From: Schmidtea polychroa | Lineage: Eukaryota | Direction: 5' to 3' | Assembly: GCA_044892525.1 (NCBI GenBank) | Contig: CM097885.1 | Coordinates: forward strand, 234,424,001-234,488,000 | Length of the DNA stretch: 64,000 nucleotides | Part shown: piece after piece, positions 26,240 to 35,977 of the stretch | How the letters are laid out: the number at the start of each line of letters is the position of its first letter | How positions within the stretch are numbered: the stretch's first letter is position 1 | Translations under genes and position numbers: made by a program | The notes under the pieces: model-generated | The model's database searches: none | The model's input: only the letters and a program-made list of their open reading frames with translations | What the model was told of the DNA's origin: nothing

Positions 26240-27125
26240 AATTCTCTACAAAATGGCTCAATTACAATTTTAGTTTGTCGCTTTGTGTGTAATACACACA
26301 TGTTTTTACGATAAATTTGTATTTTTCGCGCGGTTAACGTAATTTTCTTGGATTTTTATTCATATATTATATAGATAAAATTTAATTTTCTATAAAATGG
26401 CTCAATTACAATTTTAGTTTGTCGCTTTGTGTGTAATACACACATGTTTTTACGATAAATTTGTATTTTTCATACAGTTAACGTAATTTTCTTAGGATTT
26501 TATTCATATAATATATAGATAAAATTTAATTTTCTATAAAATGGATTGATTAGAAATTATGTATCTTGTTCTGTGTGTAATACACACATGTTTTTACGAT
26601 AAATTTGTATTTTTCATATAGTTAACGTAATTTTCTTAGGATTTTATTCATATAATATATAGATAAAATTTAATTTTCTATAAAATGGATTGATTAGAAA
26701 TTATGTATCTTGTTCTGTGTGTAATACACACATGTTTTTAAGATAAATTTGTATTTTTCATATAGTTAACGTAATTTTCTTAGGATTTTATTCATATAAT
26801 ATATAGATAAAATTTAATTTTCTATAAAATGGATTGATTAGAAATTATGTATCTTGTTTTTTTGTGTAATACACACATGTTTTTATGATAAATTTGTATT
26901 TATTATACGTTAACGTAATTTCCTTGAATATTTATTCATATATTATATAGATAAAATTTAATTTTCTATAAAATAGCTTGATTAAAAATTATGTCTTGTA
27001 TGTTGTGTGTAATACACACATGTTTTTTACGATAAATTTGTATTTTTCATACAGTTAACGTAATTTCCTTGTATATTTATTCATATATTATAGAGATAAA
27101 ATTTAATTTTCTATAAAATGGATTG
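26240..27125. repeat. ~144-bp tandem repeats (about 6 units, right arm)
   Basis: Mirror of 24920-25660 with one extra unit; the mirror coordinate sum shifts from 51901 to 52045. Confidence 0.85.
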
Positions 27126-27697
27126 ATCTAGAGTTTAAAATGTTGTATTATTTTATTACTTTGTTGCAATATTTTTATAATCTTATAACATTTTGCTTAA
27201 ATATTTTACATCTGGTGAAATATTTCCGAAATATGTTATTACTTTGTTGTAATTTACTGAAAGACTTCACAATTTATTACAATATTCTTTTTAATTTGTT
27301 GTCCGTCTTCGAAATAATGTATTGATTTGTCCCAATTAACATCATTATTTTATTACTTTGTTGCAATATTTTTATTATTTTAGTTACAATTTGATAAATA
27401 TTTTACAACTTTGTTGAAATTTTCTGAAATATGTTACTACTTTGTTGTAATATTTTCTAATCTTGTTACAATTTGTTTAAATATTTTACAACTGTTGAAA
27501 ATTTATCTGAAATATGTTATTATTTTGTTACAATTTTATAAAAACGTTATTACTGTTTTGCAATTTGATGAAAAATGATATTACTTTGTGGGTTCATCAC
27601 ATTATTTTTATTAAATTATTATGAAAATGTTAAATAAGTCAACTTTAGCATCAAAATGTGTTTTAAAATATATTGAACTTTTAAAATACTGTAACAC

Positions 27698-27835
27698 ATT
27701 TATTTTTCCTACCCCTTCCTTGATTTTGATTGGTCAGAATATATTTATTTTTCCTACCCCTTCCTTGATTTTGATTGGTCAGAATTTAATCATGTGTAAT
27801 ATATAAGCAGTAACTTTTCAAATGTTTGTCATTTA
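27698..27835 (+). promoter_or_regulatory. Putative Pol II promoter of pPolB: two inverted CCAAT boxes, TATA box, initiator
   Basis: Two 43-bp direct repeats (27698-27740, 27743-27785), each with ATTGG; TATATAA at 27800; TCATTT (Inr-like) at 27829, about 30 bp after TATA. Confidence 0.6.
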
Positions 27836-27857
27836 AACTTTTAATTTAACTTATATA

Positions 27858-30800
27858 AGTGAATAATTTTTTATTCTCTATCTAATATTAATGATTATTT
27901 TCTTTTAGTGAACGGATGCAGTTTATATAAATTTTGTATTGCCGAAAGTCATGAAGATGTGGAGAACTGTAAATCAGTTACATCATCATATTTCAAGATA
28001 AATGACTCTACCTTATCGGGTTACATATGTCCGGAATGTCTCATTATATCACCAGGTAGGTGGTTAATGTTTGTACGACAACACGGACACCATCTTAGAA
28101 GATTCGAAGAAACGAAGAGCAGGATGATCACTAAAAGTAATACTCTTTCTACTATTAACAATTATTAATTTTTTATAGTACAACCGAAAATGAATACATC
28201 ATACGATCCTAAGCAGATTAAAGAATATGTTACAAGTTATGTTATTTAAGTTGTTTAATATTAATTATAAATATAGTTAGACAAAACTCTGGCACCACAA
28301 AACGAAAGTCAATATTTTACGGAAATGGAGACTCTAACATACAATTGTGTCCACGTCGGGAGTCTGACTTAAATGGTTCTCGTGTTGAATTGACAAGCGA
28401 TGTATCTGCAATTAATTCTCCTGACATTGTTGTTCCAGATTGTCTCATCAGAGAAATAGAAGATCATATTCAACGAATGGGTACAGTAAAAATCCAATTT
28501 GGACTTTGTGCAGAGTTTATCAAAGAGGATGGTGAAATTAAAAAATGGTGTTTGTCGAATAAAGCAATTACAATGTCATCTTCATTTATTAATGATGGAA
28601 TTGAAAAATTAAAAGAAAAGTTGGAGAAATACACTCAACAAAGTAGTGGGTGGAGAATTCATAAAATATTAGAAGTTACTATGATTTTAACTAAATTATC
28701 AGACATAATACATGTATCTGGTAAGTTTATTTACATTATTATATATATAAATCAAGATATTTACTTAGGTTCAAGTTACATTAAAGCGCCAAATTACCTG
28801 AAAAACTGCCAGGCTTTAGTTAATGTTCAAAATAATGATCAATTCTGCTTTTTATATAGCATACTGGCCGTATTACATTATGATGACATAAAACACCACA
28901 GAGAAAGAGTAATGAAATATAATTTAAGTGGTAATATATATTTATATCATTCTAAAAATATATATATTTAGAGTTAAAATGGAAATCAGATTGGTTTCCA
29001 ATGAAGTTGGTTAACATTTGCCAATTTGAGGCAATGAATCCTAATCTAGCGATCAATGTTCTCAAATATAATAAAGATCCAATTAAACAAAAAACTAATG
29101 ATATTTTCAAGAATCCGTTCGTTGACTTGGTATATAGAAGTACTTCGACGGGATGTCAATTATATCTCTTATTGATTGAAGAAGGTAATATTTCTTTTAA
29201 TCATTAAAAATATTAACTAAATTTTAGAATTAAATTATCATTTTTTGGCTGTAACTAATCTCGATCGACTGCTCAATTACAGAGATAGAGTAGAAGGAGT
29301 CAGAATCCAATCACATTGGTGTCATACGTGTCTTCATGGGTTTCAAAAACGTCCTGCTTTTGAAAGACATATAGGTCTTTGTAGGAAGAATGTGGAGCGG
29401 ACGACTCTATACTCAATGCCAGAGAATAAATATATCGAATTTAAAGACTGGAGTAAAACTATAAAACAGCAGTTTGTTGTCTACGCGGACTTTGAATCAA
29501 TATTACCTCTAGATGACAAGCACTTCCAAAAACATGAGCCGATTGCATCTGAATTTGTGCTTCTTCATCAAGGTTGTCCGATTCGAAATGAAACATTTGT
29601 TGGGAAAAACTGTATCATTCAGTTTATACAAGCATTGGATGATATAGCTACAGACATAGTTTATCCGTGGTATAAAATTAATGGATCGAAGGAAATGATG
29701 GAACTCACTTGGGAACAGCAGGAAGAATTTACGAATCAAACTCATTGCTACCTTTGTAAAAAGATTATCAATATACCTGTTCGGGATCATGATCATTTTA
29801 CCGGTCAATATCTCGGAGCAGCGTGTCAAGATTGTAATTTGGCTAGAAGAATCAATCCGTCTTTACCTGTTGTATTTCATAATCTTCGTGGATATGACAT
29901 TCATCATATATTAAAATATGCAATTGGAAAATTCCCCGATTGGAATTTAATTGTTATTCCTCAATCAACAGAAAAGTTTCTCACACTTACAGCGACATCG
30001 AAAGGCAGAAGAATTAGATTCATTGATTCTTTACAATTTTTAAATAGCAGCTTGGCAAATTTATCAAAAAACTTGCCACGTCTTCCACTTACTTCAAAGA
30101 TTTTCAATTCGCATTTAATAACTGGTAAAGGCATATTTCCTTATGATATGGCTACATCAATGGATGTTTTACAGTCAATAACAGAATTACCACCGATTTG
30201 GGAGGGAGTTAGTCAAGAAGATTATATACATGCAAATCGAATCTGGCGACAATACAACTGTGAGACACTGCTAGATTACATGCTAGTATATCTCAAGTTG
30301 GATGTTTTTCTGTTGGCCGATGTTTTTGAAGCTTTCAGAGAAAAAACATTTGACGAAGATGGACTTGAGGCTCTATCGTTTGTTTCCATACCCGGATTAA
30401 GTTGGGCATCAGCTATTAAACAGTTACCTGAACCAGTAGAACTTATTCAAGATCCAGAGCTTTACCGTTTATTTGAAGCTGGTATTCGTGGTGGAATGAC
30501 ATTTATCAACAAACATCATGTTGAAGCTGATGAATCAACACAAATGTCATACCTAGATGTTAATAATTTATATGGATGGGCGCTGTCGCAAAAACTTCCT
30601 ATTGGTGAATTTAGATGGATAAATGATCAGACTGAAATGAATGGTATTGTTGAAAGATGTGCAAATGGGGATAAGTTTGATGGAGATCTTGGATATGTTC
30701 TAGAGGTTGACATCGTCATTCCTGATAGTATACAAGATAAACTAGATGATTTACCTATAGCTCCTGAGCTTTGTTATCCACCTGGTAGTAAAGTTGAAAA

Positions 30801-31833
30801 GCTGTTGTTAACTCATGAGCCTAAGAAAAACTATGTAGTTAATGGTAGAGTTTTGACAGAGTGGTTGAGTTACGGCGCAAAAGTCACAAAAGTTAATCGT
30901 GCTGTAGAATTCAAGCAAGTGGCTATTTTCAAAGGCTATATTGATTACAATACCAAAATGAGAGCAGCTAGTACAGATTCGTTTCAGCGAGATTATTATA
31001 AGTTAAAGAACAACAGTTTATACGGTAAAACTGTGGAAAACTTGAAGAAACGTATAAATTTGAGATTATGCAGCAAAAGCAAAAGATTGATAACTTATTG
31101 TAGTAATCCTATGTTTCGTCGTAGCATCAAGATTGCGGATGATCTCATTGCTGTTATACTCAATAAGGAAATTGTGTGTTTAGATAGACCAATGTATATT
31201 GGACAAACCGTACTTGATTTATCCAAACTTCGCATGTACCAGTTTCAATATAAAGAACTACAGAGTTATAGAGAAGAATTCAATTGTCAAATTAATATCG
31301 TAGCCGGTGACACAGATTCCTTCTTTTTAGAGTGTAAAAATGTAGATTTACGCTTACAACTATATCCAAAAATGATTGCCGATGGGCTCCTAGATACTTC
31401 AAATTATCCAGTGACTGATCCATTGTTCTCAGATAAAATTTGTTCGGTAATCGGGAAATTCAAGGATGAGAATAAAGGAAATCAATATAAAGAATGGGTG
31501 TTTCTTCGACCCAAGTGCTACTCACTCCAAGGCGATAAAAACACTCTAAAAGCCAAAGGAATAAGACTTACAAACTCTAATCTTACACATGAAGCCTATA
31601 AAAAAGTGTATACTGATGGTGGAACAGTGAGCATCCCACAAAAAAGAATAGGAAGTGTCAATCATCAGTTGTATACTTTCATGACAGAAAAACGAGCTCT
31701 CCAATGTTTGGACGATAAAAGGTATTGGTACAATTGTAATGAAAGTTATGCCTACGGTCACTATAAGATTCGCCAAATGCATATTGCAACTGCTATGTCT
31801 AGAAATGAATGCAAATCGAAACAAGCACTTTAA
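27858..31833 (+). CDS. pPolB: Protein-primed family B DNA polymerase (Polinton-type), spliced, ~1,236 aa. Predicted exons 27858, 27909-28136, 28179-28235, 28277-28720, 28769-28930, 28972-29184, 29228-31833
   Basis: Exonuclease motifs VYADFES, FHNLRGYD, YLKLDV; KGIFPY; polymerase motifs DVNNLYG, KLKNNSLYGK, GDTDS, RPKCY, KAKG. GT-AG removal joins the upstream ORFs in frame and restores GSSYIKAP..INVQNND.CF-like, FP...FE..N..INV and HF..TNLDRLL blocks typical of this family. AATAAA at 31853. The last three introns are well supported; the first three are less so. Confidence 0.9.
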
Positions 31834-32690
31834 CAATTAAATTTATGTGAATAATAAAATATATATTGTGAATTGTTTGACTTAGTTAATTAAAATGTGT
31901 TTTATCATTTAATTATTCATTTGTCCAATTAATTTAGATAATTAGTTTCAAGTAAGAAATATTATTTTTGTGTTTATTTTATTTATTTATTTATTTTTTC
32001 CGAAATATTAATATCCAGTTTATCTAAAATTAACTCAGCGTTTTATTTTATAATAAATTAAATAATTTCTAATTAAAATTTATTCAAATTGAATAATTAC
32101 TAATTAAAATTTTATTCAAATTGAAATATTATCGTTATAATTTACCTCTTGTTAGAATATAATGTAAATGTAAAATTAAAAAAAAAAAAAAAATAAAAAA
32201 TAAAAAAAAAAATAAAAAATAAAAAATAAAAAAAAAAATAAAAAAATAATAATAATAAATAAAATAATAAAATAATAAAATAATACTAAAATAAAAGCAT
32301 AATAAAATAATTAATTAAGAAAATTAAAAAGAAAAAAAAATAAATAGAAGTAATTAAATAAAATTAAAAAATAAATAAATTAATTAAAAAAAAAAAATAT
32401 AAAATAAAAAAAAAAAATAATAATAATAATAATAATAATAATTAAATAGCGTAAGTAATTAAAATAAAATATTAATAAACTAATAAATTAATTAAATGTA
32501 ATAAATTAAAATAAAACATAATAAAATAATTAATTAATAAAATTAAAATGAAAAAAAAAAAAAAAAAAATTAAAAAGAAGTAATTAAATAAAATGTTAAT
32601 TAAAAAAAAAAAATGATTCGATTGACCTATATTTGATCTGGACATTGGGATGACCTTGAAAGTGTCCTGGAGTCCTTACTATTCACTACT

Positions 32691-32696
32691 TATTCA
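32691..32696 (+). repeat. Right target-site duplication TATTCA
   Basis: CACTACT-TATTCA-GAAAATTATAATC; also seen at 1521-1526 after the first copy. Confidence 0.9.
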
Positions 32697-35026
32697 GAAA
32701 ATTATAATCAGCTATTTTATTGAAACAATAATTTTGAAACATGAAGTCAATTTTATTGAATTAAATTAAATTTAATCAAATTTACATATTCAATAATATA
32801 CTCAGAATTACTAAAATTTAATTTTTGTAAAACTCGTAAACTAAAAAAATGATATTTAAAAAAAATTTAAATAAAAATAAAAACAGATATAGAAAATTAG
32901 GAATCTCAGATTAAATATTGCTAAAAGTTATAATTTTCCAGTTTATTTAAATATTAATGTAATTGAAATCGTTTGATTATACTTAAATAAAATTTGTTGA
33001 TACTTACCGAGTCTCATGTAAAAATTGTAATGTGACAATATGGAATTCATCGTAAATGTATTATATATGAGAAATGTGTTTATACAAGTCTCGATAAATA
33101 TAAAAATTCTATAGAAATTCTACAAAACTTACAGTATTTTTATCATTAACCTGTATTAAAAAAGATATGAAACTTCATTAATAATTAATCCGTAAAGATA
33201 ATTTAATAAGATAATTTTGTGGCCAATAGTAGCCTCAATAGTTCTTGAATGATGATTTTAACGGTAGTTACTAATGACTGTGTACCATTTGTAGATTAAA
33301 ACAATTACCAAATAGATCATGTATATGTTGTGAATAATATAATCAAATGATAGAATCTTGAAATTATGTCTCTAGAATTTGGTTATTTATTGTTTTCGAT
33401 ATATTTTTATTTCAATTTTTAATCATTTTTTGAAACTTATATCCCTACATTTGATTTCTGAAATCTTCAAAATAGTGAATTGATACATTTTTAACAATTT
33501 CTTAAAAGGTCAAATTATTTCTGTTTTTACGTGGATTGAATGTGATAGTCAAGGAAGGAAAAATAATTGTAATAATATAAAATTTACATAGTTCAAACAT
33601 ATTTACAAAAAAGATGTCACCAGAATAGATGATTTTATTTTAAATAAAAACTTTTCTTTTAATTATTAAAATAAAATCTGAACAATTGTAATATGTGATA
33701 ACTAATATAAAAAATTCTAATTTAATAAATTCTAAATTTATAAATTTAAATAAAATAATTTAAAATTTTACCAAATGAAAAATAAATTAAATTTAAAAAT
33801 ATATAATAAAAATCTAAATTAAAAAAATCTTTAAATAAAGTTTTAAAAAAATATTTGTTTAAATAATAAACTAAAAGGTTGTATATAATTATTTTCAATT
33901 TGAAATGAACAATTGAATTGAAAATTAATGAATTTTTTCCTATTTTTTCATAAAAGCACTATGTTTATATCAAGAGAAAAAAATAATATATTTAAAACCA
34001 AATCGATTCTCGTTCGTCATCATCCACTTCATTTCTCCTCATGGTCGTGATAAAGATGTCATCTTCATATTTTGACTAAGAATCTATGATATATTAAAAT
34101 AATCCTTGTTACTTGCGAATGAAACAAGTATTTTCTTTTTTAGCCATTTTAATATGGCTGTTTTTTTTTCAATATTTTTAGTAATAAGTTCCTTTCTTTT
34201 TTCTCAATTATTGTAAGAAAATCCTTTAAGGATAGTAGCTGATAGATAGTTTAATTCATATGATGCGGTATGTAAACGCTACTCAAACATTCGTTTTACA
34301 ATATATTTCGACAGTTTTTCTATCATCCTCAGGAAAAATAGAAAAACTAAATAATTTAAGATTTTTGAACAATCACAGGGATATCACAGAGATATCACAG
34401 AGATATCACAGAGATTAATGGATTGTGCGAGCAAAGTGTTCTTAGTGATTTCTGAAATTTTATCTTCGGTGTGCATCATGTTGTTCGTCATTATCCGCTT
34501 CTTTTCTGCTCTTGGTCGTGATAAAGATATCATCTACATATTTTTCGTAGGAATCTATTGATATATTAATTATTCCTTGTTACTTGAGAATGATACAAGT
34601 GTTTTCTTTTTTAGCCATTTTAATATGGCTGTTTTTCTGTTCAATATGTTTAAATAATAAGTTCCTTTCTTTTTTCTTAATCATTTTGTGGCAACTCTTT
34701 AAGGAGATTAGCTGATAGATATTTTAATTCCTTTTAATGTGGTATAAAAACGCTACTCAAACATTTGTTTTACAATATATTTCGACAGTTTTTCTATCAT
34801 CATCAGATAAAATAGAAAAACTAAATGAATTTATTAAGTTTCATTTTAAAAAAAATGAAAGAATTATCTTTTATTCAACACAAATTTTAATAAAACAAAT
34901 ATCTAATTCCTTTCTTTAAAGTGTAAAATATGTCGTCATGAGTCTTTTGAATATTGTAACAGCTCTAGTTTGATTTTTAAATAGACACTTAAATAAACGC
35001 GGTAAAGACTTTATTTTTAAATATCG

Positions 35027-35977
35027 CTATTCAACAAATATATTATCAACAATAAATTGTATATTTCCCAAATATACTAAATATTGGTTATTATAATTCA
35101 ACAAACGTATTTCCATTAACTCGTATTCAAAACCTAAATAAATCGCTAATTTTTTTCTTGTTTCTATTATTATTTTATCATCTAAAAATAAGTCAATTTT
35201 GTCCAATAGTCGTGTCAATTGATTTGATATTAAATTTTGATGTACTAATGTAATATTAGTTAACATGTTTTGTTCAAATCTTATATAGTCAATTTCTAAT
35301 GGATCTAATATCGTATCATCATGAAATTCTTGGAATGGAATATCAACACCATCTTCAGTCACAGTTAAATCTCGTAAAAATACATCGGAAATAAAAGATG
35401 TATACAGAGCTTTTTTGCGGATATTGGTCATAAAATTATCTTTAAATTTATCTTCAATAAAAGAACCAATTATCCTTTCAATAATTTCTTCATTTTTTTC
35501 ATTAATTATCAATTTTCTAATTAAATGGTATATTTTTGTTAAATAATCTGATGCTGAATCGGTATTTTCAACGAGTATTTTAATTCCGAAAAAACTAGTA
35601 TTCAAATAATCATTGAGCACAATTATATATTTTTTAAAATTTGCAAAAGGAGAATTTCGATTACGTGCTTTGATACTATTTAATATATATTCCAAATCCA
35701 CAGGTGTTTTTCTTATATATTTTATCAGTTTGCGGTTGATATTTCTAATACAGGATCTAAAACGAAGTTTATAAAATTCTTGTTTCAGATTAAATAATCT
35801 CATATAATCTATAAATAAATCTTTCTTCTTTACTAAATCCAATTCAAGTCTGTCAAGCGGGCAATGAGTATAATCATTTAACCAATGTAAGAAACAATTA
35901 GTACAAAACGAATGGTTACAGCCAGTAGTTATAAACAATTCTATAGCTAATTCATCGTAGCAAACAGTACATTCCAT
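35027..35977 (-). CDS. RING-finger protein, truncated copy
   Basis: Identical to 3857-4807 at offset 31,170. Confidence 0.7.
   Translation of the reverse strand: MECTVCYDELAIELFITTGCNHSFCTNCFLHWLNDYTHCPLDRLELDLVKKKDLFIDYMRLFNLKQEFYKLRFRSCIRNINRKLIKYIRKTPVDLEYILNSIKARNRNSPFANFKKYIIVLNDYLNTSFFGIKILVENTDSASDYLTKIYHLIRKLIINEKNEEIIERIIGSFIEDKFKDNFMTNIRKKALYTSFISDVFLRDLTVTEDGVDIPFQEFHDDTILDPLEIDYIRFEQNMLTNITLVHQNLISNQLTRLLDKIDLFLDDKIIIETRKKLAIYLGFEYELMEIRLLNYNNQYLVYLGNIQFIVDNIFVE

Larger units (their letters stand above)
19357..32690. mobile_element. Palindromic, pPolB-only Polinton/Maverick-like element (13,334 bp)
   Basis: Starts AGTAGTGAATAGTAAGGACTCCAGG (19357) and ends with its exact reverse complement ...CCTGGAGTCCTTACTATTCACTACT (32690). 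Flanked by TATTCA on both sides; the same flanks are joined with a single TATTCA at 45612. Contains two mirror-image pPolB genes. AG...CT termini, 6-bp TSD and pPolB are Polinton hallmarks. Confidence 0.9.
26135..32690 (+). repeat. Right arm of giant inverted repeat (6,556 bp)
   Basis: Begins at CCCGGG 26135-26140. Longer than the left arm by one ~144-bp repeat unit plus ~2 bp in the A-rich tract. Confidence 0.95.

Noticed and set aside
24239..27806. Short ORFs in the element centre (24239, 24720, 25600, 25936, 27140, 27621)
   Set aside because: They run through promoter repeats, tandem repeats and poly-A/T tracts, are low complexity and have no motifs
19357..32690. Palindrome as a pure fold-back sequencing or amplification chimera
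   Set aside because: The mirror stops exactly at the element termini, the flanks are colinear with the empty site, there is a unique spacer, and the arms differ by SNPs and one repeat unit. Not fully excluded without reads.
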